Positions 47,035 to 56,536 of a stretch of 64,000 bases of DNA are shown here, piece after piece (the stretch's first letter is position 1; each line of letters starts with the position of its first letter). A model generated the notes under the pieces. That model was not told the DNA's origin, made no database searches, and saw only the letters and a list, made by a program, of their open reading frames with translations. A program made the translations under genes and the position numbers. This DNA is from Macrostomum lignano (lineage: Eukaryota). The stretch covers positions 372,001 through 436,000 of the forward strand of contig NIVC01000272.1 in assembly GCA_002269645.1 (NCBI GenBank), written 5' to 3'.

Positions 47035-47371
47035 CAACCGCGAGCAACCCCGCGCAGCCACAAAGGTGGCGGCCTAAAAAGGCACGCGCACGCACCAACG
47101 CACCCACCACCCCACCAGACAGCCAGCACCCAAACAGCCCCCCTGCACTAACAGCGGTTAGCCCTCGCGGGCTCGCGCAAACCGATGCATTAGTGAAGGG
47201 GAGGCAAAGACAAAGACAAACCGAGTGCGGCGATGGAGAGGCAGCGAAAAGCCAGAGGATGCAACCCCAAGGCCAAACAAACAAATGAATGAACGAAGGA
47301 GAGAATTTACGAAACGGCGGAAATAAGGCTGGGGATAAGAACGGAAATAAAACTTTGAACACAAGCAAAAG

Positions 47372-48418
47372 TTATTCAAAGGCAACCTCGTTAAAAGCAC
47401 CAGCAAAACGCGAACCAGCCCGCACAGAATCAGCAGATGGAAGGTAGGCAGTCACAGCATCACTTCGCCAGTCACCGATGCACTTCACCTCTTGAACAGA
47501 TAGTCCGAGACGGTAGGCCCAGGTGGCACCACCTCTGCGCAGGCTGTGCGCTGAGAAAGAACGAGCGTCCTGCTCAGCCGTTGCTAGGCAGCGCTTGAGG
47601 AACCTGTCGAATCTTGAGGCAGACAGGACAACAGAGGATCCGCTCGCCAACTGGTAGGAGAACACAGGCTGCCTGCAGCCAAGCTTGCTGACACGGAGGT
47701 GACCCTCTAGCGCAGCCACTGGGCAAAGCGGATGTCCTTCTTTTAGCCTTGGAAGCAACACCCGGTGCAGCTTCGCGCCGAACTGATTCGTTTTGCCATA
47801 ACTGACAGAGAGCACAACCCCCTTCGGGTGGCGTTGAAAGGCTGAGACGGAAATCGGTGAAGCGGACTGCTGGCTGGGCAGGAGACTGGAGCGCCGAAAC
47901 ATCCCCCACCAAGCAATAAGCGTCACAAGCCAGCAGACTCTGTCAAGCGAACTGCTCGAGTTAAGCCGGTTTTTCACAGACAGCAGCATCGCAGGCGAGA
48001 TCGGCAGCTTCCGTCTTGGTCGCTGGCCCATCCTCCGTTTAGCGCCGCGAACGAGCAGTGAGACCAGGTGGTGTTTTGTTAGGTCCTCAGCACCACAGGC
48101 TTTGAACCAGCTGGACAGTGCACTGACATGGACACGCAGACTGTTGAACGATCTCAGGCGGCATTCGACTAGGTGAGCCAGGTAGTTGAGTAGCACCGAC
48201 CGGTCGGATCGAGCCGGGTTGGTCCCGTTCTCGTTGCAGAAGCTGTGCCAGGACCGGACGGCCGATGAGATCGCCCTGCGTGACTGCGGTGCGTATGCTG
48301 CGGCGAGGAGGCTGGAGGCGGCGGCGCCGAGGGTCGGCGTTGCAGGGAGGCGGCCTGTGAAAATAAAAAACGGGAGGCAAAAACAGAAAACGCGTGATCC
48401 GAAAACTCCACAGGGCAA
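47372..48418 (-). CDS. tyrosine recombinase (YR)
   Basis: GMFRRSSL, YGKTNQ, CPVAAL, SAHSLRRGGATWA, IGDWRSDAVTAY. Confidence 0.93.
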   Translation of the reverse strand: MPCGVFGSRVFCFCLPFFIFTGRLPATPTLGAAASSLLAAAYAPQSRRAISSAVRSWHSFCNENGTNPARSDRSVLLNYLAHLVECRLRSFNSLRVHVSALSSWFKACGAEDLTKHHLVSLLVRGAKRRMGQRPRRKLPISPAMLLSVKNRLNSSSSLDRVCWLVTLIAWWGMFRRSSLLPSQQSASPISVSAFQRHPKGVVLSVSYGKTNQFGAKLHRVLLPRLKEGHPLCPVAALEGHLRVSKLGCRQPVFSYQLASGSSVVLSASRFDRFLKRCLATAEQDARSFSAHSLRRGGATWAYRLGLSVQEVKCIGDWRSDAVTAYLPSADSVRAGSRFAGAFNEVAFE

Positions 48419-50067
48419 ACTGGTACAGACCCGTAAACACGGAAAATAAAATTAAGCAACTCATGACGCGAGTGCAGGCGGGACCCTGCATCAGCAAACA
48501 GCTGATAAGCACCAGGAACGTGAAAGACCTCAAAATCAACGTCAAAACGCAGACAGAGCAACGCCACAGACTGCAGCAACCACATCAGACGCGAGTCCTT
48601 GGAGACACCTCGCCTTAGAATCCAACACGCCGTCTCATTGTCGCAGTACACAGCAAGCCGACAACCAGCCAAGGATTGGCCCCATCTCAAAACAGCCAGC
48701 AATATAACCACAGCCTCCTTGTAATTGATGCAGTAATTCTGAAAAACACCATTTGCGTCGATCTGCCAGTCAATAAAGCACCAATCACGAATCCCATCAC
48801 CGTCACGGAGCACCGCCGCGGCGCCTGAAGACGACGAGTCAGTCTCTATGGCAACACAAGCCCTCGGCGAAGTCCACAGGCCAACACCGATGCGATGCTG
48901 CAAAGCCAACCGCCACCAGGAGAGGTGGTGCACCATGGAGGGACTAACAAGAACCCTGTCATGAGGCCGATGCAGCTTGTTAACAATGTCGATAAGAGGT
49001 CGGAGGAAAACTCTCCCGTGCCGAACAACTTGCGACGCCCAGTTTAACTTGCCGATCAACTTCTGCAAACACGACTTTGACAGCCTTTTCTTCGAAGAGC
49101 AGAGAGATAAAACATGCAACAAGTCTTGGACTTTTTCGGCAGGAAGAGACATCTGGCCTGCCACGCTATCAAATAAAATGCCCAGAAAGGTCATCCGCGT
49201 TGTCGGCGGAACACACTTGCTACGGTTAACGGTGAAGCCTAGCCGCTCGAGCAGATCGATGAGATGGTTGTAGAACTTCCAGCAGGACTCCAGATCTCCA
49301 CAAAAGGCGAAGTCATCCATGTAGGCCTCCATAGCGTAGAAACCATGCTTCAACATCATAAAACGCACAGCTTGGCTCAGCTCGTAAAAGCAGAAGACGG
49401 AAGCCGAAGCACCAAACGGGAGCCGCGTGTCGTACAGGTACACTGGCTGGCCCTCGCCTTGGAGCTGAATCTTCATGCCTGTGACCCGGTGGTCATCAGG
49501 GTGCACACCACATGAACGATATGCTTGCGACAGATCCACTTTGCACATGTACGCGCCGCTGTACAGCTTCGAGGCAAAGTTGCTGGCCGAAGTAAAACGC
49601 AACTTCCGTTTCGACTCAAAGAAATCATTCACAGAGGCGCCAGTTGGCAGGCTGCAGTCGTGAATAAGGCGGATGGAAGACGAATCCGCCTTAGGGATCG
49701 CACCAAGTGCACTAACGATGAGCGGCCGATTGCCTGCCTGGCAGCGCCTGTAGCGGTCCTGCTTGAGCTCCTGGCGCACCTGGGCCTCAACAGCTTGCTG
49801 GTGAATGGTAGCTGATCTGTGATTTGCCATCTCAGTGTGGTTCTTACAATCCATCACTTTATTAGTAATTCGAAAGCCATTCTTCACACCATCGAGCACG
49901 AACCTGACACGGTCCTCCGGCATCTCGGTCCCAGCCAGCTCTTCCCGCCAAACCGCAAACACAAGGTCGCTCGACAACTCAGTTGAACTCGGGTCACAAA
50001 GGGGGAGCTCCCCCGTGGGGGCACAGGAGGGCGACCCGACGGCAGACATTGAGTCCTGTGCCCCCAC
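48169..50067 (-). CDS. pol: DIRS/Ngaro reverse transcriptase-RNaseH
   Basis: RLIHDCS, KVDLSQAY, LPFGASAS, YMDDF, FLGI; RNaseH IETDSS, INYKEA, YCDN, ADAGSR; overlaps YR as is typical of this group. Confidence 0.93.
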   Translation of the reverse strand: MGAQDSMSAVGSPSCAPTGELPLCDPSSTELSSDLVFAVWREELAGTEMPEDRVRFVLDGVKNGFRITNKVMDCKNHTEMANHRSATIHQQAVEAQVRQELKQDRYRRCQAGNRPLIVSALGAIPKADSSSIRLIHDCSLPTGASVNDFFESKRKLRFTSASNFASKLYSGAYMCKVDLSQAYRSCGVHPDDHRVTGMKIQLQGEGQPVYLYDTRLPFGASASVFCFYELSQAVRFMMLKHGFYAMEAYMDDFAFCGDLESCWKFYNHLIDLLERLGFTVNRSKCVPPTTRMTFLGILFDSVAGQMSLPAEKVQDLLHVLSLCSSKKRLSKSCLQKLIGKLNWASQVVRHGRVFLRPLIDIVNKLHRPHDRVLVSPSMVHHLSWWRLALQHRIGVGLWTSPRACVAIETDSSSSGAAAVLRDGDGIRDWCFIDWQIDANGVFQNYCINYKEAVVILLAVLRWGQSLAGCRLAVYCDNETACWILRRGVSKDSRLMWLLQSVALLCLRFDVDFEVFHVPGAYQLFADAGSRLHSRHELLNFIFRVYGSVPVCPVEFSDHAFSVFASRFLFSQAASLQRRPSAPPPPASSPQHTHRSHAGRSHRPSGPGTASATRTGPTRLDPTGRCYSTTWLT

Positions 50068-50075
50068 CTCGCACG

Positions 50076-51167
50076 CTAGTTTTTTGAAAATTGGCCCGGG
50101 TCCCCATCAGCGTGGGCTCGGGCTTCAGAGTGCGGCTGTGAGCACCTGCGGCACTGATGGGCGAAGCGGCAGTGAGTTCTGTTGCAGCCGCTAAGACTGT
50201 TGAAGTCGAAACAGACAGGTGGCTGCGTTCGCTTTTTAGGCGCTGTTGCGTTTATCATTTTTGTTGGTGCCATCAAGTGTGTTGCCACCAGACCCAGGTC
50301 TGCGCTAACAGCGCTCCACCGCGTTCCATCATGCTGGAGAAGCCGACATTCGTCATCATATCTCATGACTTTAGTGCGATCGAAGCCTAAATCTAGCAGG
50401 TCACCAATTCTAGCGTTATGTCGGAGATGATCGATCAACTCGGATGAATCGATTCTGCCATCAACAATGCGCAGCAGTTTGCCATCACGCAGCATTTGCA
50501 CCAGTAAGTTACAGCTACCGGAGATGAAATCGCCAAACGACAGTGACTCGGGACTGACGTGTCTCAACCTCTCTGGCTTTGCCGCTCCCACAACAGACTG
50601 GCTTCCTTGTCTCCGCTTACGCTCACTGATAAAATCAACGACTCTGTACACCGCCGGCGCCTGAGCATGCGAAGTTGCAGCCCCAGCCTGCCCGAGTATA
50701 CACTCGCCAACCAAATCATGCCACTCACCGGGAGTCTGATCACGTTCTCTCGCAGCCGCCGTGCCACTGTGACGCGCTTCAGCGAGCTCGGCTTCGAGCT
50801 GAGCCTCTCTTTTTTTCAGGTCCAGCAGCCGAATGCGCAGTTCAGTCTCTCGCAGCTGATCCTCGAGACCGCCTCCCGTCGCCGCCCGACCCTCGGCCGA
50901 GGCGCCCACCGCCGGTAGCATCTCGTCCTCAGGTGGAGCCAGACTTAGCTCGGGTGCGCCCGCATTCGTCGGTGATGTCTTGTCATCTTGAGCACGACGA
51001 GATGAGCTTCTGTCCTGCTCCAACGCCTGCCGCTCAAGCTCCTTGGCAATGCTGAGTTTTAGACGACTTGTTAGCTCTTGCTTATTGCCATTAGTAGGCA
51101 GGCCGCGCTCACTAAGGGCTTCTCGTAGCGCTTTGTTAGTTGCGGGCAGTACAAGGCTATCTGCCAT
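50076..51167 (-). CDS. gag: Ngaro/DIRS gag-like ORF1 with N-terminal SAP-like motif and C-terminal CCCH/CCHC finger
   Basis: LREALSERGLPTNGNKQELTSRL; CFDFNSLSGCNRTHCRFAHQCRRCSQPH. Confidence 0.82.
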   Translation of the reverse strand: MADSLVLPATNKALREALSERGLPTNGNKQELTSRLKLSIAKELERQALEQDRSSSRRAQDDKTSPTNAGAPELSLAPPEDEMLPAVGASAEGRAATGGGLEDQLRETELRIRLLDLKKREAQLEAELAEARHSGTAAARERDQTPGEWHDLVGECILGQAGAATSHAQAPAVYRVVDFISERKRRQGSQSVVGAAKPERLRHVSPESLSFGDFISGSCNLLVQMLRDGKLLRIVDGRIDSSELIDHLRHNARIGDLLDLGFDRTKVMRYDDECRLLQHDGTRWSAVSADLGLVATHLMAPTKMINATAPKKRTQPPVCFDFNSLSGCNRTHCRFAHQCRRCSQPHSEARAHADGDPGQFSKN

Positions 51168-51342
51168 GATTCAGCAAAAAAATTCAACCGCGAGCAACCC
51201 CGCGCAGCCACAAAGGTGGCGGCCTAAAAAGGCACGCGCACGCACCAACGCACCCACCACCCCACCAGACAGCCAGCACCCAAACAGCCCCCCTGCACTA
51301 ACAGCGGTTAGCCCTCGCGGGCTCGCGCAAACCGATGCATTA

Positions 51343-51416
51343 TTTACACATATACATGGCGGTTTCTTCGGAAGGTTGTCGTCTAGACAGACAGGGCATT
51401 CGAATTTTTTAGCCAT
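51343..51416 (-). pseudogene. RING-C 5' stub interrupted by the Ngaro element
   Basis: MAKKFECPVCLDDNLPKKPPCICVNN then Ngaro A1. Confidence 0.85.
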
Positions 51417-51521
51417 TATTGTGTTTCAGTTGCTATAGATTTCTGTTGAGTCGCCTCTTACGACAAGCACAGTGAAGCTGTGGACTTATTCTTTCCCGAG
51501 TTCCACACGGGTGTTAGTAAT

Positions 51522-54500
51522 CTAGCGGGGTCTAAGGTTATAGGGGTGGTTAGTTATGGGAGTGTCCGTAGTTTGTGTTTCAGCGTGAGAAGTAGCAATA
51601 TGTTTAGACGGTCTTTTTGTGTGATTTTCATTGTTTAAATTTGGCAGAAATGTAGAGTCTGTGTTGATGCGTTTCAGTCGATGAATGTGCACGTAGAACT
51701 GCGGCTGATGTCGATCTTGGACATTGGCCAGTTTGGCTGTGGTTGCCGAAGTCAGTGCTGATACACGAAATGGTCCTTTGTACTTTTGTGCGTGTTTGTG
51801 CGTCTGTTGTGCTGGATAGTGCAAATAGACCATATCTCCGACTTGTAGCGTAGATGCGTTGTTGGTTGTTTTCGATGTTACCGTCTGGTTGTCAAGATTG
51901 TGTTTGGCAATTTGCCAAGCCAGGTGTAGTCTTGTTGCGAAGGTCTGGAGTGTCGACGGTGTTTCCACGTACTGAGATGGTAGTAATTGTTTTGCGAGTA
52001 GGCTGGGCGGTTGAAAATCTCGAGCGAACATCAAGAAGAATGGCGTGTTATCCGTTGACCGATGTCTCGCGCTGTTGTATGCCATTGTTACCGCTTTCAA
52101 GTAGATGATCCAATCTTCTGGTTGCTTGTAGACATAGTGGGTCAGCATTTCGTGTAGATTGCGGTGAAATCTTTCTACTAAGTTTGCTTTGGGGTTGTAG
52201 GTAGACGTATATATTTGTTGTATGTTAAGCAGTTTTGCAGCCTGTTGAAATAGTTGTGAGGTGAACTGCGTTCCGTTGTCGGTGGTTAGAGTCTTGGGCG
52301 TTCCATACATACAGACAATCTCGTTGTAGAACGCCATAGCTACTGTTTCGGCGGTAATGTTCGGCAGTGGAATTGCTACAGCGAATTTCGAGAAGACGTC
52401 GAGAGCGGTGAGGATGTATGTGTAGTTGATCGAGTGTTGTCGTGCGGCAGGTAGTGGTCCCGAAATGTCGAGGGAGACGGTATCCCATGTTGTTGTTTTC
52501 GGTACTGTTTGTAGTTGTGGCTTTTGGCGTCGTCCCGTTTTTGCGGCTGCGCATGAGTGGCATTCGTAGCAATATTTGCTGATGTCTTTGGTCATTGTCG
52601 GCCAAAAGTAGAATTTTGTCACTCGTTCGATTGTCTTCTTAGCGGAAAGGTGTCCGGCTAATGGCATGTCGTGCAATTCTTGCAAGATAGCGGCTCGAAA
52701 CAAATATGGCAGATAGATTCGCGGAATATTGTCACAGATCCAATAAAGGATTGATTCTTTGAAGATTAGGTTGTCGCTCTGTTTTTTAAGGAATTTTCTT
52801 TCTTGTTTTGTTAATTTGGCGTGCTTGGCGTCGTCGTTGTTTTGTGCGGCTTTGTAGAAGTTGTCGTCTTGCTGTGCCGTAATCAGTTCTTGCATTTTCG
52901 GAATCGGATGGATAGCGTTGACTTCGTAAGCTCTGGAGAGTGCGTCTGCTGCTTTGTTGAGTGGTCCCGGTTTGTAGGCTAGTTGGAAGTTGTAATCCTG
53001 AATTTTGAGTGTCATTCGGATGAGGCGGTTGTTAGTCTGTCCTTTCGTCATGACAATGTGTGTCAGCGGTGCATGGTCGGTTCTGAAAATTGTCGGTAAT
53101 GGAGAACCGTAGATGTAGTAGTGAAACTGTCGTAGTGCGAACAGGATTCCAAGTAATTCTCTTTCTGTGGCGGACCATTTGGTTTCGTTTAGTCGTAGAG
53201 CTCGACTGATGTAGACGATGGGTTTTTCGACTTGTCTTTCCGTTTCTTGCAGTAGAACTGCGCCTAGTCCACTTCCTGAGGTGTCGGTTTCAATGATAAA
53301 GGGTTTTTGGAAGTTTGGATGTTGCAGTAAGGCGTCGGTCGTCAGTTGCTGTTTGATCTTTTCGAAGCTTTCTTGTTGTTCGTCCTTCCAGTTTTCTTCT
53401 TTCCACTTTGGTTGTTTGAGCAGTTCGTATAGCGGTTTGGCAGTTTTGGCAAAGTTTGGCAGAAACTTTCGGAAATACTGTGCTAGTCCTAGAAAGGACT
53501 GCAATTTTGTTATAGAGGTTGGTCGTGGGAATTTCTTTACTTTCTCCACATTACTTGGATCTGGTGAGATTCCTTTTGCGGATACGTGGTGTCCCAAGTA
53601 TCGTACCGAGCTTCGGCAAAACTTGCACTTGGTGGGTTGTAGTTTGAGACTTTGTCGCCTGAGAAGGAATAATGCGAGTTCCATCATTTGAAGTAGTTGT
53701 TCGAAGTCTTCTCCGAAGGCAAGAATATCGTCTACATAGTGGAGTAGATTGGTACATCCAGCAAGCATGTAGGCTGTTAGTCAGCTCATTGTAGCAGGTG
53801 AGTTTGAAATTCCCATAGGACTTCTTTGGTAAGCGAAGACTTCTCCATTGTACGTCTTAAAGGCTGTGTATTGCTTAGACTCTTCTTCTAGTTCGATTTG
53901 CCAAAATCCATGTCGTAGATCAAAGACTGTGAAGAGTGTCGCTGTGTTGAGTCTCGCCATTAGTTCCGAAATCTTGGGTAGGCTTTGTTGATCTGTCGGG
54001 ATATACTTGTTTAGGACTCGAAAATCGCAGACAAGTCTTCTCTCGTTTGTGTCCTTCTTCTCGACAAGCAAGCATGGAGAGGAATAGGCTGAAACTGTCC
54101 TCTTGATGATACCGGCTTTGAGCATTTTCTCGATGATCTCGTCGAAGTGTTGTTGTAGATGTTTTGCAATCGGATACGGTTTGCACTGAATCGGTTCCTG
54201 GTGCGGCAGCAGTGTGATCTTCTGTTTGATGTCTTTGGCTCGTCCAATGTCGTAGTCGTGGTGGCAGAAAACATCGTTGTACTTCCATACAAGATCTTTA
54301 ACTTGGTTCTTTTGTTCTTCGGTGATCGGACTTTGTGACAGATCGATTTGTTCTAGGAATTGTTGCCTTGGCAATGTTGTCGATGTTGATTGAATAAGCA
54401 TCACTGACGCTTGTGTGCTGAGATGTCCGATGCAGGTTCCTGCGTAGATTCTCACTGGGTGCTTGTTAGGATTGACGATTTGTACCGGAATCGTTTTGTC

Positions 54501-54545
54501 GGCTGTGATTAGTACCAGTGCTGTGGGGATGAGGATTTCGTTGTT
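51522..54545 (-). pseudogene. pol: Ty3/Gypsy pol (RT-RNaseH-IN); protease missing; one in-frame TGA at 53781-53783
   Basis: IPVQIVNP...GTCIG linker, PCLLVEKK...RLVCDFRVLN, DLRHGFWQI, YVDD, FLGLAQYFRKF, IETD, HHCC, DDE, YNLRPR*. Confidence 0.95.
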
Positions 54546-56468
54546 CTATTAAACTTCAGTTGAAGATCCGACATTTCGTAGGTTTCATCAACAATGGCTT
54601 GTGATTTCGAGATGTTCTTGATGTCTCCTGTTGGCGAAATTTGATGTAGTAGATCGTTCACGTTGAAATAGTTGGCCGAATTGGTACATGGTCGTGGAAT
54701 GGCAGTTCCGACAATGATGTTGTGGACCGTATCCAAAAATCCTCGAATTCGCTTTCCATTGTAGAAGGCTTCGATCCGCGGTTTGTCGTAGCAAGTTGTT
54801 GACGTGTTTGATGACAAGATGTTAAAGTGATGGATCAGAGTACACTTGTAGATTAGCAAGTATCCATAAACCGGAACGGCGAGGAAATCTTCAATTCCTG
54901 TGATCTTCCTGAAGGTGGTCGTAGGGTTGACGTAGTAGTTCTGTCGCGTGTAGTTTAGACTGGTCTCGTGCATTCGACATGTCAGTTTGACCATGGAGCG
55001 ATGCAGATAGTTCAGTTGCTTGTGCAGTTTGTGTTCCATCGCGGCTAGTTTTGCTGCCAGAAGTCGTGCTGATACTAACGAAGGCTTATCCAGGTTTCGC
55101 TTTTGTCTTTCCAAGGTTTCTTCTCTTGGATAGGTACCATTTATCACCTTCAAAAATACATTCTTGTCCATGTCCTTCAGTGCAATTGGTATTTCTTGGT
55201 CAGATAGGATTAGTTGTTCATTGTTTTCCTTGCATTTCAGTTGTGTATAGCTTGGTTGCTTTGGAAAGGTAAGAGCTAGATCTCCAGAGTCGGCAAGGAA
55301 GGTGTTAGATAGCAGTTTTCTTTGAACAGTATGGTATTTCTGTAGTTTGCAGTCAATTTCAGTTTTGACTTCCCATGCGATGAAGTATTTGCGAGTTCGA
55401 CTCGGTTCTTTGTATCGAGAATCCGATCTGTACTCGATTTGGTATCGATAGTCATGGAAATAATTCGGAGCTAGCGGTAAGTTTTGAGCTTCCTCTTTGT
55501 TGTAGTTAGGAGTAGCACAATATCCTGAGCTGTAGTGGCATTGGTCAAGCGGTAGTTGCAAGGATTCCATGTTTTCGAAAGGATTGTGGTAGAACAAGAC
55601 GTTTAAAATCAGATAGCTGTTGTAGACAGTATACAGAGGCCATCGTGCTGCGTGGTAGTGCACATATCTTCCTTCGGCTACGTTGTTGGTGCGGAATAGT
55701 TGCGCTCCGCTTGCTGAAGTGTCGTGGAGCTTCAATTCACCGTCTTTGGAAAACAGGGTTTGGTTCCACTGCATGGAGGCTTTCTTCATGTGATACCTTC
55801 ATCGATGTTTGCCAATATCTGATTCGGTTCCATTGTACCAACCAAATCTTTTCGAGTTCGTCTTTGTCTCTAAAGCACAAAATTCCCATCTGTCGATGCT
55901 TCTTTGTATTCGCTTTGTAGATGTCGATTGTAAGCGGTAGCGGCTTTGTTTGATTCGTCTTAAAATAACTGCATTTGATTTCCGTAGGAATTTTGTAGAT
56001 GACAGGCTGGATGGTAGCGTCTGTAGGACAAATCATTGGTACTGAAGTTGAAGTTACCAGTGGTAGCAGGATGAGAAGGATCATCGCAAATAACCATTTC
56101 ATTAGAGGGTGTCTCTTCTTGCTCTTCTTCGGCATCGGCATACTTTCTTCTTGTTCTCCTTTCTTGTTGGAGTGACTTGTGATCGTGGTTTCGTCCAGTT
56201 CCTCGTAGTCGTTTTCTGGTTCTTCAGATGGAGTGATGTCTTGTGGACGGAAGAACCATTTTCTTGAGTGTGGTACTGGTGTTAGAGGTTCCTGATACGC
56301 TGGTGGGTGACACGCTGTAGGGTGTCTTCGAAAGGTACCCATGAATTCTGGTCGAGTCGGCGTAGAAGAAGTCTGTTGATGCAGTTCTCCGACATTCATC
56401 GTAACGTAGGTGTTATCTTCTGTTTGAGTGAATCGATTGCATGTGAAGTGGAACGGTTGGGTGTTCAC
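54509..56468 (-). pseudogene. env: envelope-like glycoprotein, class III (herpes gB/chuvirus-like) type; frameshift ~55790, C-terminus and TM missing
   Basis: Signal-like MKWLFAMILLILLPLVTS followed by VPMICP; CHYSSGYC; furin-like RQKR at 55097-55108; heptad-like helix then C...NPTTTFRKITGIEDFLAVPVYGYLLIYKC and CYDKP...GFLD...PC; several NxS/T sites. Confidence 0.72.
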
Positions 56469-56536
56469 AGCTTTGTTTGTCCGTTTCCGTTTTCAGCATT
56501 AAGAATTGTAGCAAGATTCTCGTATTCCGGTTCGGA

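Larger units (their letters stand above)
47034..51342 (-). mobile_element. tyrosine-recombinase retrotransposon (Ngaro-like, split direct repeats A1 51184-51342 and A2 47034-47192)
   Basis: gag, RT-RNaseH and YR ORFs between two 159-bp direct repeats; the terminal B2 repeat expected for Ngaro is not seen. Confidence 0.9.

Noticed and set aside
44200-51438. Many plus-strand ORFs overlapping Ngaro and Gypsy genes
   Set aside because: Antisense shadows of GC-rich coding sequence; no motifs.
43398-53297. Duplications as a pure assembly artefact
   Set aside because: Copies differ by substitutions and one junction has templated filler; not fully excluded without reads.
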